Assembly: GCA_030390025.1 (NCBI GenBank)
Contig: CM059432.1
Span: 44,332,001 to 44,396,000, forward strand
DNA from: Squalus acanthias
Taxonomy: Eukaryota
Reading direction: 5' to 3'
DNA length: 64,000 nt
Every line of letters begins with the position of its first letter. Within the stretch, counting starts at the first letter, position 1. The notes under the pieces were generated by a model. That model saw only the letters and a list, made by a program, of their open reading frames with translations, made no database searches and was not told the origin of the DNA. Shown here in pieces: positions 1 through 11,710 of the stretch. Both the position numbers and the translations under genes were made by a program.

Positions 1-360
1 ATCCCTTCATAAAGGCATAAATAAAAATGGACACTGAGTCAAAAAAGGAAAGATTAAACAGGTAGGTTTGGGTTTCAAGGAGGATCTTAAAGGAGGAGAG
101 GGAGGTGGAAAAAACAGTAAGGTTTTGGGAGGGAATTCCAGATTCTGGTGATGCCTAAGTGGCCACCAATGGTGGGGTGAAGAGAGGGGGGATGCACAAT
201 AGGCTGAAGTCAGAGCAATAAAGCATTTGGGGAGAATTGGGGCTTGAGGAGAGATAGCGGGAGCCAAGTCCGTGGGGAGATTTAAACACAAAGATACAAA
301 TTTTAAATTTGTGGCATTGGGGGACCGGAGATCAACGAAGGTCACTTGAGGGCAGGGGTG
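1..360 (-). mobile_element. Degenerate L2 LINE 3' fragment
   Basis: Reverse complement resembles 27850-28230 of the L2 copy (LKFVSLCLNL..LAP versus FKILILVFKSLHGLAP). Confidence 0.6.
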
Positions 361-984
361 CTGAATGAGCTGACTGAGAGAATGGGTTGCTATTCTAGAG
401 AGTCCAAGAAATGTGCCACTGAAGAAATTCAGAAATCTACATTTAAAATGGTGGCGTCTGGTGCATTTTCAAGTATGTTTATGGAAAATTATAATCTCAA
501 TCTTTCACACATTCCCACTCTCCTCACACATCCTCAAGGGTCGATTTTAACCCTGCCCGTAAACTGGGTGGAAGAGTGCACTGCACTATACCTTTCCTCG
601 TCCCTTGTCTTTGGGTTTCTCAAATAATGTTAGGCACTACAGCTGTCGATCATATCAGTGGTTCCCCGGCAACCATCTGTACAGTCTTCATTGCAGTTCA
701 AGTAATTCACTATGGACTGTCATAGGATGAAGGAATCATGCAGCTGCCAGGATAGTAGGCATTCATAAGTAGAGTAGGTCATAGAACAGCTGTGCATTCA
801 TGGAGTGGAAGCCCTTTCTGTTCTCGAATTAAGTGGCATTGCAGATAGGGGTGCATATGGCCACATGACTGCAGTCAATAATGTCCTGCACTCTGGGTAA
901 ACCTGCAACATGGAGGACTTCTTCATGATGCTAACTGCTTTCCAAAGAGAAACTAATGAAATCATTGACCCTGAAAATCATGGA

Positions 985-2190
985 CAAAGGAGCTGAATTC
1001 CAGTGGTGAGGTGAGAGTGACTGCCCTTGATATCAAGGCAGCATTTGACCAGGTGTGGCATCAAGGTGCCCTAGTAAAAGTGAAGTCAATGGGAATCAGG
1101 GGGAAAATGCTCCACTGGCTGGAGTCATACCTAGCACAAAGGAAGATGGTTGTGGTGATTGAAGGTCAATCATCACAGCCCCAGGACGTTGCTGCAGGAG
1201 TTCCTCAGGGCAGTGTCCTGGGCCCAACCATCTTCAGCTGCTTCATCAATGACCTTCCCTCCAACATATGGTCAGAAATGGGGATGTTCGCTGATGGCTA
1301 CAAAGTGTTCAGCGCCATTCACAACTCCACAGATAATGAAGCAGTCCATGCCCGCATGCAACAAGACCTGGACGACATTCAGGCTTGGGCTGATAAGTGG
1401 CAGGTAACATTCGCACCACAGAAGTGCCAGGCAATGACTACCTCCAACAAGCGAGACTCTAACCAACTTCCCTTGACCTTCAACAGCATTACCATCACCG
1501 AATCCCCCACCATCAACACACTGGGGGTCACCATTGACTAGAAACTTAACTGGACCAGCCACATAAATACTGTGGCAACAAGAGCAGGTCAGAGGCTAGG
1601 TATTGTGTGGCGAGTGTCTCACCTCCTGACTACCCAAAGCTTTTCCACCATCTACAAGGCACAAGTAAGGAGTGTGATGGAATACTCTCCACTTGCCTGG
1701 ATGAGTGCAGCTGCAACAACACTCAAGAAGCTCGACACCATCCAGGACAAAGCAGCCCGTTTGATTGGCACCGCATCCACCACCTTAAGCATTCACTCCC
1801 TCCACCACCACCGGCGTACCGTGGCTGCAGTGTGTACAATCTACAAGATGCACTGCAACAACTCGCCAAAGCTTCTTCGGCAGCACCTCCCAAACACACG
1901 ACTTCCACCTAGAAGGACAAGGGCAGCAGGTGCATGGGAACACCACCACATCCAAGTTCCCCTCCAAGTCACACACCATCCTGACTTAGAAGTATATTGC
2001 CGATCCTTCATCATCGCTGGGTCAAAATCCTGGAACTCCCTCCCTAACAGCACTGTGGGAGTACCTTCACCACACGGACTGCAGCGGTTCAAGAAGGCGG
2101 TACACCACTACCTTCTCAAGGGCAACTAGGGATGGGCAATAAATGCTGGCCTTACCAGCGACGCCCAGATCTCATAAGCGAATAAAAAAA
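985..2190 (+). mobile_element. 5'-truncated non-LTR retrotransposon (CR1/L2 group, clade uncertain): RT and 3' end
   Basis: ORFs 1011..1541 (LDIKAAFD, GVPQGSVLGP, FADG) and 1572..2129 separated by a stop; 3' UTR with AATAAA and an A-rich tail. Confidence 0.85.
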
Positions 2191-2195
2191 CAACA

Positions 2196-4284
2196 AAAAA
2201 AATTCCATCTGCCACTTGTCTGCCCAGTCTGCTAGCCTTTCTATGTCCTGTTGCAGTCGATTGGTATCATGCTCACTGTTTGTCACGCCTCCAAGTTTGG
2301 TGTCACCGGCAAATTTAGACATTCTACTCTGTATTCCAATATCCAGGTCATTTTTATATATCAAAAAAAGCAGTGGCCCCAGCACTGACCCTTGGGGAAC
2401 ACCACTGTCTACCATCCTCCAGTCTAAAAAACAGCCATTTACCACAACTCACTGTTTTCTGTCCTTAAGCCAATTCCTTATCCAAGCTGACACTGACCCA
2501 CCTATTCCATGAGCCTCAATTTTGTTAACCAGCCTTCTATGTGGTACTTTGTTAAACGCCTTCCTAAAATCCATGTATACAACATCCATTGCATTCCCTT
2601 CATCAATCCTCCCTGTTACTTCATCAAAAAAATTCAATTAGATTAGTCAAATATGATCTGCCTTTTACAAATCCGTGTTGGCTCTCCTTAATTAGCTTAA
2701 ACCTCTCCAAGTGCCCATTAATTATTTCTTGATTATTGTTTCTAAAACTTTACCCACCACTGATGTTAAACTGACCGGCCTGTAGTTACTAGGATTGTTG
2801 TTACACCCTTTCTTGAACAATGGTATCACATTTGCCACTTTCCAATCCTCAGGCTCCTCCCTCACATCTAAGGAAGATTGGAAAATTATAGCAAGCCCTT
2901 CCGCTATCTCCTCCCCCAATTCCCTTAGCAAACTGGGATGCAAGCCATCTGGACCAGGCGACTTATCCACTCTATTCATACCCAGCCTTTCTAGTACATC
3001 CTGTCTATCAATTTTCACCCTTTCCATTGCTTCTACATTTTCCACTTCTACTGATATTTTGTCAGCATCCATCTCCTTAGTAAACACCGATACAAAGTAC
3101 TCATTGAGTATTCTAGCCTTGCCCTATGCTTCTAAGCATATATCACCTTCTTTGTCCCTAATAGGCCCCACCCCTCCTCTTACTATTTAAATGCCGGTAG
3201 AAGATTTTTGGGTTCCCTTTTATGTTAACTGCCATTCTACTCTCATAATCCCTCTTTGCCAATCTTATTTTTAACTTCACTTCCTTTCTCAACTTGTTGT
3301 ATTTGGTCTGGTTCTCCCTTGAAATTTCACCTGACATGCATAATACACCCTCTTTTTTTGTTTCATCATCTTCTCTATTTCCCTCGTCATCCAAGGAGCC
3401 CTTGCTTTGGTTCCCTTACCCTTCGCTCTTGTTGGAATGTACCTAGCCTGTACTTGGAACATCTCCTCCTTAAAGATCACCCATTGTTCCGTTACAGTTT
3501 TTCCTGTCAGTCTTTGGTTCCATTTTATCCTGGCTAGATCCTTTCACATCCCATTGAAGTTAGCCCTATTCCAGTTTAGAAGTTCCACTCTAGGTTGTTC
3601 CTTGCTCCTCTCCATTACTAATCTAAATCTTATGATACAATGATCACTCGTATCTAAGTGTTCTCCCACAGACACTTGGTCGACCTGGCCCACCTCATTC
3701 CCCAGCACCAGATCCAGCAATGCCTCCTTCCTAGTTGGGCCAAGAACATACTGGTCAAGGAAATTCTCCTGAACACATTTCAGAAATTCCTCCCCCTCCT
3801 TTCCCTTTACCCTAGCATTATCCCAATTGATATTTGGGTAATTAAAGTCCCCCAATATCACCACTCTGTAGCTCTTGCATATCTCTGCAATTTCCCTGCA
3901 GATTTGCTCCTCTACCTCCCTCTCACTATTTGGAGGCCTATAGAATACCCCCAATAGCGTGATCATACCCTTTTTGCTCCTCAACTCTTACCCAATGGAT
4001 TCTGTCCTTGTTCCCTCAAGAACATCCTCCCTTTCCAACACTGCAATGTCTTCCTTAATCAACACTGCCACCCCACCTCCCTTTTTCCTTCCCTATCTTG
4101 TCTGAACACCTTGTACCCTTGAATATTAAGTGGCCAGTCCTCACCGTTTTTAAGCCACGTTTCCGTTATTGCCACAACATCATATTGCTACACAGCTAAT
4201 TGTGCTTGTAGCTCACCAGCCTTATTCACCACACTTTGTGCTTTTACGTACATGCATTCTAAACCCATTTTTGAATTTTTCATA
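2196..4284 (-). mobile_element. CR1 LINE ORF2 fragment (APE endonuclease + RT), frameshifted
   Basis: GVFYRPP, GDFNYP, SDH, KSPGPDG, NYRPVSLTS, DFRKAF, GVPQGSVLGP. Very similar to the 19.8-23.5 kb copy, opposite strand. Confidence 0.93.
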
Positions 4285-4289
4285 GTAGT

Positions 4290-5646
4290 CGTGCTCAGTG
4301 CTCATTTACATGAATATAGTGCTGATCTCCGCACTAAAACCACTGCTCATTGGCTTATCGCTCAATAGGTGAGCCAATAACGGGTGTAGTCTAATTCCAA
4401 GTCATGTTTGGCCTAGGCTTTATCCAGTACTTAAAGGAGAGGTATCAATGACTTGGAGGAGGGGACTGAAGGGTGGATCAGTAAATTTGCTGATGACACC
4501 AAGATTGGTGGAGTAGTGGATGAGGTGGAGGGCAGTTGTAGGCTGCAAAGAGACATTGATAGGATGCAGAGCTGGGCCGAAAAATGGCAGATGGAATTTA
4601 ACCCTGATAAGTGCGAGGTGATTCATTTTGGTAGGGCAAATTTGAATAAGGATTACAGGGTCAACGGCAGGGTTCTGAGGAACGTGGAGGAGCAGAGGGA
4701 TCTGGGGGTTCATATCCACAGATCTCTGAAGGTTGCCACTCAAGTGGATAGAGCAGTAAAGAAGGCCTATGGTGTGTTGGCGTTTATTAACAGAGGGTTT
4801 GAGTTTAAGAACCGTGAGGTTATGCTGCAACTGTACAGGACCTTGGTGAGACCACATTTGGAATATTGTGTGCAGTTCTGGTCACCTCACTATAGGAAGG
4901 ACGTGGAAGCATTGGAAAGAGTGCAAAGGAGATTTACCAGGATGCTGCCTGGTTTGGGGGGGAGGTCTTATGAGGAAAGATTGAGGGAGTTGGGGCTTTT
5001 CTCTTTAGAGCGGAGGAGGATGAGAGGCGACTTAATAGAGGTTTATAAGATGATGAGGGGGATAGATAGAGTGGATGTTCAGAGACTATTTCCTCGGGTA
5101 GAGGCAGCTGTTACAAGGGGGCATAACTATAAGGTGCATGGGGGGAGATATAGAAGGGATGTCCGAGGTAGATTCTTTACTCAGAGAGTGGTTGGGGTGT
5201 GGAATGGACTGCCTGCTGTGATAGTGGAGTCGGACACTTTAGGAACTTTCAAGCGGTTATTGGATAAGCACATGGAGCACACCAGAGTGATAGGGAGTGT
5301 GATAGCTTGATCTTGGTCTCGGACAATGCTCGGCACAACATCGAGGGCCGAAGGGCCTGTACTGTGCTGTACTGTTCTATGTTCTATGTAGAGGTGCTTT
5401 GATGCAACAGCACCGCACTGTCATTCCATTTGGAGCACCACTTGGAAGCAAAACTAACTAGGAAGAGTTGTCTGAGCGGCAGCAGAGGGAAAGAGCAACA
5501 CGCTTCATAGATGTGGCTCTGGAGTCACTGGTGGTGGCCGTGGAGAGGAGGTGGGCTGTCCTCTTCCCGCAAGCTGGCAGGAAGCCTTCGGCCCATACGT
5601 GCAGAAGGCTGTGGCAGGAGATATCTGATTATGTGACGGCCAACGG
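4290..5646 (+). mobile_element. Harbinger left-end / Myb-SANT gene remnant interrupted by a CR1
   Basis: ORF 5468..5653 (RFIDVALESLVVAVERR..RRLWQEIS) is homologous to 19568..19813; flanks align with 19370-19720. Confidence 0.75.
4444..5389 (+). mobile_element. 5'-truncated CR1 LINE with an open RT C-terminal frame
   Basis: ORF 4453..5310 (FADDTK, LVRPHLEYCVQFW, FFTQRVV); (TGTTCTA)n tail; AGAGGT duplicated at 4438-4443 and 5390-5395. Confidence 0.93.
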
Positions 5647-6324
5647 AACATAGGAACATAAGTAGGCCATTCAACCCCTCTAGCCTGTTCTGCCATTCAA
5701 TGAGATCATGGCTGATCTGTGACCTAACTCTCTATACCCGCCTTTGGCCCATATTCCTTAATACCTTTGGTTAATAAAAAGCTATCAAGCTCAGATTTAA
5801 AATTAACAATTGATCTAGCATCAATTGCCATTTGTGGGAGCTAGTTCCAAACTTCTACCACCCTTTGAGTGTAGAAGTGTTTCCTAATTTCACTCCTGAA
5901 AGGTCTGGCTCTAATTTTTAGACTATGCCCCCTAGTCCTAGAATCCCCAACCAGCGGAAATAGTTTCTCTCTATTTACCCTATCTATTCCCCTTAATATC
6001 TTGAAAACTTCAATTAGATCACCCCTTAACCTTCTAAATTCATGGGAATACAACCCTAATTTGTGTAATCTCTCCTCATAACTTAACCCTTGAAGGCCAG
6101 GTATTATTCTGGTAAACCTACGCTGCACTACCTCCAAGGCCAATATATCCTTCCTAAAGTGTGGTGCCCAGAACTGCTCACAGTACTCCAGGTGTGGTCT
6201 AACCAGGGTTTTGTATAGCTGCAGCATAACTTCTACCCCTTTGTATTCTAGTCCTCTAGATATAAAGGCCAGCATTCCATTAGCCTTTTTGATTATTTTC
6301 TGTACCTGTTCATGATATTTTATG

Positions 6325-6532
6325 ATAGCAAAATACTGCAGATGCTGGAAATCCGAAATAACAACAGAAAACGCTGGAAAAACTCAGCAGGCCAGGCAGC
6401 ATCCGTGGAGAGAGAAAGAGAGTTGACGTTTCAGTTCTGATGAAAGGTCATCGACCTGAAACGTCAACTCTCTTTCTCTCTCCACGGATGCTGCCTGGCC
6501 TGCTGAGTTTTTCCAGCGTTTTCTGTTGTTAT
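6325..6532. mobile_element. Fold-back Penelope pseudo-LTR mini-element
   Basis: 80-bp inverted arms 6355-6434 / 6456-6535; TTCATGATATTTTATG duplicated at 6309-6324 and 6533-6548; arms homologous to the Penelope ends at 41785-41887 and 47011-47145. Confidence 0.9.
6433..6469 (+). ncRNA. Minimal type I hammerhead ribozyme motif (Penelope type)
   Basis: AGTT-CTGATGA-A-AGGTC-atc-GACCT-GAAA-CGTC-AACT: stem I AGTT/AACT, stem II AGGTC/GACCT, palindromic ACGT in place of stem III, GUC triplet. Confidence 0.8.
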
Positions 6533-7860
6533 TTCATGATATTTTATGTTCTCTGTACTTGGACCCTGTAGGCGCTTTGGACAGCCACTGTTTTTAGCTT
6601 TTCACCATTCACCTGTTCTATCCTTTTTAGGTCCAAAGTGGATGACCTCACATTTGCCTACATTGAAATCCATTTGCCACAGTTTTGCCCATTCACTTAA
6701 TCTATCAATATCCCTTTGTAATTTTATGCTTTCATCTACAATGCTGCCTATCTTTGTGTTATTGGCAAATTTGGATATGTGACTTTCTATGCCATCATCT
6801 AAGTCATTAAGAAATATTGTGAATAGTTGAGGCCCCAACACAGATCTCTGCAAGATACCACTATTCACATCCTGCCAATTTGTGTACCTACCCATTATCC
6901 CTACTTTCTGTCTCCTGCCGCTCATCCAATTTCCTAACCAGGTCAATAATTTGCCCTCAATTCCGTGGGCTTCTACCTTAGATAACAGTCTCTTATGTGG
7001 GACTATATCAGTTTATCAAATGCCTTCTGGAAGTCCATATAAATAGCATCCATAGACATTTCCCTGTCCACTACTTTAGTCGCCTCTTCAAAAAGTCCAA
7101 TCAGGTTTGTCAGGCATGACTTACCTTTTACAAGGTTCTGTCTGATCAACTGAAAATTTTTGAGGTGTTCAGACACCCTATCCTTAGTTATAGACTCTAG
7201 CAATTTCCCGACAACAGATGTTAGGCTAACTGGTCTATAATTCCCTGGTTTCCCTCTCTCGCCATTCTTAAATAGCGGAGTGACATGCTCAATTTTCCAA
7301 TCTTAAGGAATGGTTCCTGAATCTAGAGAACTTTGGAAGATTATAGTTAGGGCATCTGCAATGTGCTCGCCTACTTCCTTTAAAACCTTGGATGGAAACC
7401 ATCTGGTCCTGTGAATTTGTCACTTTTTCGTGCCATTACTTTCTTCATTGCTGTTATTTTACTTACATTAATTTTATTGAGTCCCTGTCCCCGATTCAAT
7501 ATTAGTTTCCTTGGGATTTCCAGCATGCTATCCTCTTCTTCTACTGTAAATACTGGTGCAAAGTAATTATTCAACATGTCTGTCATTTCCTTATTATCAT
7601 TGACAATATCACCACTTTGCGTTTTTAAAGGGGCCAACAATGCTCCTGACTACCCTCTTTTTTCCTAATGTAATTGTAAAAATTCTTTGTATTGATTTTG
7701 ATATCCCTTGCAAGTTTCTTTTCATACTCCCTTTTTGTAGCTCTTACTATCTGTTTTGTGACCCTTTGCTGTTCTTTGTATCTTTCCCATTTGCCAGGAT
7801 CTGTGCTATTTTTTGCATTTTTGTATGCTTCTCTTGTGAATGCTCATACTGCTGTTATTT

Positions 7861-9186
7861 GCTGGAGTGTCCTCTGCAAATTCGGCTGCCCTCAAAAGTT
7901 TGTCACCATCCTCCGCCTGCTTCACGATGACATGCAAGCCGTAATCCTGACCAACGGTTCCACCACAGACCCAATTCACGTACGAACCGGGGTCAAGCAA
8001 GGCTGTGTCATCGCACCAACGCTCTTCTCGATCTTCCTTGCTGCAATGCTCCATCTCACCCTCAGTAAGCTCCTCGCTGGAGTGGAGCTAATTTACAGAA
8101 CAAACGGGAAACTGTTCAACCTCCGTCGCCTCCAGTCCAGATCCAAGGTCGTCCCATCCTCTGTCGTCGAATTACAGTATGCAGATGACGCTTGCGTCTG
8201 CGCTCACTCGGAGGTCGAACTCCAAACCATCGTCAACACCTTCACCGAAGCGTACGAGAGCATGGGCCTTACACTAAACATCTGTAAGACAAAGGTCCTC
8301 TACCAACCTGCCCCCGCCACACAGTACTGCCCCCCGATTATCAAAATCCATGACAAGGCCTTGGACAACGTGGACCACTTTCCATACCTCAGGAGCCTAC
8401 TGTCAACAAGGGCAGACGTCGACGACGAAGTCCAACACTGCCTTCAGTGTGCCAGTGCAGCCTTCGGTCGCCTGAGGAAGAGAGTGTTTGAAGACCAGGA
8501 CCTCAAACCCGGCACTAAGCTCATGGTCTACAGAGCAGCAGTGATACCCGCCCTGCTGTATGCCTCAGAGACATGGACCATGTACAGCAGGCACCTCAGA
8601 GCACTGGAGAGGTACCACCAACGCTGCCTCCGCAAGATCCTGCAAATCCATTGGCAGGATAGGCGCACCAACATCAGTGTTCTTGCTCAGGCCAACATCC
8701 CCCACATCGAAGCTTTGACCACGCTCGATCAGCTCCGATGGACGAGTCACATTGTCCGCATGCCCGATACGAGACTCCCAAAACAAGCGCTCTACTCGGA
8801 GCTCCTGCACGGCAAGAGAGCCCCAGGTGGGCAGAGGAAACGCTTCAAGGACACCCTCAAAGCCTCCTTGAAAAAGTGTAACATCCTCACCGACACCTGG
8901 GAATCCCTGGCCCAAGACCGCACAAAGTGGAGGAGAAGCATCCGGGAAGGCGCCGAACACCTCGAGTCTCTTCGCCGGGAGCAAGCGGAAGCCAAGCGCA
9001 GGCAGCGCAAGGAGTGCACGTCAACCCAAGCACCCCACTCACCCGCCCCTTCAACCACCGTCTGCCCCACCTGTGACAGAGACTGTAGGTGCCGCATTGG
9101 ACTCATCAGTCACCTGCGAACTCATTTTTAATGTGGAAGCAAGTCATCCTCGGTTCTGAGGGACTGCCTAAGAAGAAGAAGAAGAG
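7861..9186 (+). mobile_element. 5'-truncated RTE-clade LINE with an open RT frame
   Basis: Within ORF 7692..9131: GVKQGCVIAP, QYADD, LLYASETW, C-terminal CxxC..HxxxH knuckle; (AAG)n tail. Confidence 0.93.
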
Positions 9187-10100
9187 AAGTTATAGAATTC
9201 TTGGCCTCCTATATACAACATTTTTTCTTATCTAGCTCACTGGGCGAATTGGAATGTAGAACCTTGATGTAAGGCTTCACTGACACATTGCTGCTCAAAA
9301 GTCTGCTCCCATACAAATCATTCAGGGAGTGCCTAATAGCGAGGAAATAGCTGGAGTGAACACACACATTCAGCCTATCCAATCCTCATATGCAAGTGAC
9401 AGTAGTTGTGCCAGAAAGCAAGGAGGACCAGCCAACTACTGCATCAGCAGATGTGGCAGGACAACTCAGGAGCCAGCACATGAAGTTACAGAGTCACCTC
9501 AATCCCAAGCTCCCACTGATACCCAATAGCCAGCCACCACACTTAATGCTATCACTGGTACGTCACTCAGAAAAAGGTCATGGATTAGCATTAAAATGGT
9601 ACATATAAGACGCTTTTATTAAAGGAAAGCAAAGGAGCAAAAACATTAACATGACAGACACATCTGTAGTAGAAAGTAGAAAAATGAATTGGTTGCACGT
9701 TATTTTCCTTTTATCTTTGGTGCAGAATAAGGTAGCAGCACAGCAACAGATAGACATGGATGAAAGTTGAGGTAGTACAGAGGGTAATGCTGGTGATGGT
9801 ATTTGGGCTATTGAATAATGCATAAACAGGAGGTGAGTTAAAGAAAGAAAGAATTTGCTAGCCCAGGCCCTTAACTGAATGTGCCCTGTATGAGTTCATG
9901 GTGCAATAGTCACCTTGAGTATAATGTTCCAAATTGATGCTGGAGAAATTTGATATGAAAATTCTAGTATGACAAAAGAATTTGTGTGGTGGGCTGGACC
10001 TCTGATTGCTTCCTCCCTCCCTTTATTGCCAAACATGGTCACAGTATTTTTATGCTCTTCGTGACTGAAATAATTTTTAAGTAATTTAAGACTGACTTAC

Positions 10101-10154
10101 AGATTTGGTATTTCCCTCCAATATTTCTTCTTCCAGTGGTTCAAGCTTCAAGTC
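10101..10154 (-). CDS. NECAB1: NECAB1 internal coding exon, 54 bp: DLKLEPLEEEILEGNTKS
   Basis: Acceptor tctgttttgcAG, donor GTaagt, phase 0-0. Matches recalled NECAB1 DLKLEPPEEEIIEGNTKS, just before the ABM-like domain. Confidence 0.95.
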
Positions 10155-10907
10155 CTGCAAAACAGATATAACAGTACAAACAAATTGTCTAGTAAGAAGA
10201 TATGGCCTAATATAAAGTCTAATTCTGCTGTCCTGCGAGCACACAATCTGTGATTTGCTGCTCATTAAAATTAATGAACACAAAATCACAGGCTGCACAC
10301 CCACAATTTGCTGCAACACACTCCCCATGAGCATGGCTCCCTGCTAATGGGATCTTTTAAAATCTAGGTTCCTGAGATCTTGGTACTGGGCCTTCTCAGC
10401 CATGGACAAGCATATGTGCCCCCTCTGGGGAGAGTTAGTTGTTTCCTTATTATTCCCTCCAAGCTTCTCCTACTGACTGGTACTCTGTGATTCACCCAGG
10501 TATATCCCCTCTGTCTCAGTCGTGGCCCTGTCCCAAGTATCTGGGCTGGTGCTTGAATAAGTAAGGTGCCATGACAGAATGACTGAATTATGTGGAGGAA
10601 GAGTTCCTCTGGAAATTACAGTCTGCTTGTCAAGTGCTTCTTTCTGTAACTGTGCAACAGCTGTGAGGGACATAAAAGAAATTAATTTTAGAAAGATGCT
10701 CTCTGACTTGTGAATCAGATGCTGTGACTGAGCAATAGCAGGACACCTTTCAAGTCATCAGAATGTCTTCAGACCGTAGAAATTCACAGCTTTGTGAATC
10801 CTGTCATTGCTTTTCAACGTTCAAGTGCAACTCCAGCTCTTTCACTCTCTCTTCCCCTTCTGAGTCACCTGCTGTGTGTCCAGCCATTTCAGCTGCAGCA
10901 GTCTTTT

Positions 10908-11060
10908 AACAACAACAACTTGCATTTATATAGCGCCTTTAATGTGGTAAAATGTCCCAAAGCATTTCACAGGAGCGTTAGCAAACAAAATTTGACACCA
11001 AGCCACATAAAGAGATATTAGGGTAGATGACCAAAAGTTTGGTCAAACAGGTAGGTTTTA
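10908..11060 (-). mobile_element. L2 LINE 3' terminal fragment
   Basis: Reverse complement of about 28130-28290, including the (GTT)n tail. Confidence 0.75.
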
Positions 11061-11710
11061 ACTGCTGCAGCATGCCCAGATTTCCCTCCCTCCTAGCAGC
11101 AAAGACCCAGGATTTTCACTGAAACCCACAATGTCAGGAAAACACAGGCCAAAATGTTTTTATACATACTTTGGTGCTGTCAGTCACAAAAAAGCTATGT
11201 ATTGAGTGAGCGGAATAATTTTCTGTTGATGTGATTGATCAAAGGAGCATGAATGGCCATTTGGTGCAACCTATGATACCCTGGACTTTGTGGAATCCTG
11301 CCACTCTGTAAAATTGCAGTGCCATGTCATGTTGCTGCTAGTTGTTCATGGTGAACTGGATGAACTGGCTTGTTGTAGCAAACAATGCATCTGTCATTTG
11401 CTTTAAACATGTGGGTGCAGCTGATTGACTAATGTTATTATATAGGGTAATGGTAACCTAAAGGTTCAGGGTGGTTGTGATCTTCACAGCCACTGGCAAT
11501 GTAGCGCCAATGCTGGAGATGGCTGAAGGTCAGGTTGCAGCATATAGCATACCTCATTATGGTTTCCTTTGTAATGTACAGCCTCCACAAACACCTCTTA
11601 TGGGTCAACTGGATATAGAAACATCTTAATCTATATATTCTGGAGTGGGGTATTATCGGATGGGAGCCAAATGCTTCCTGTGGTGCTTAACCAGCCTGGC
11701 CTCCCTCTTT

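Larger units (their letters stand above)
5647..7830 (-). mobile_element. CR1 LINE ORF2/3' fragment carrying the 6325-6532 insertion
   Basis: Minus-strand ORFs 5841..6275, 6602..6946, 7003..7203 and 7380..7640 with CR1 RT motifs; microsatellite tail at about 5647. Confidence 0.92.

Noticed and set aside
7692..7860. Hydrophobic N-terminus on the 479-aa RT ORF as a membrane-anchored RT
   Set aside because: Read-through of antisense CR1 and junction DNA upstream of a truncated RTE, starting at a non-ATG codon.
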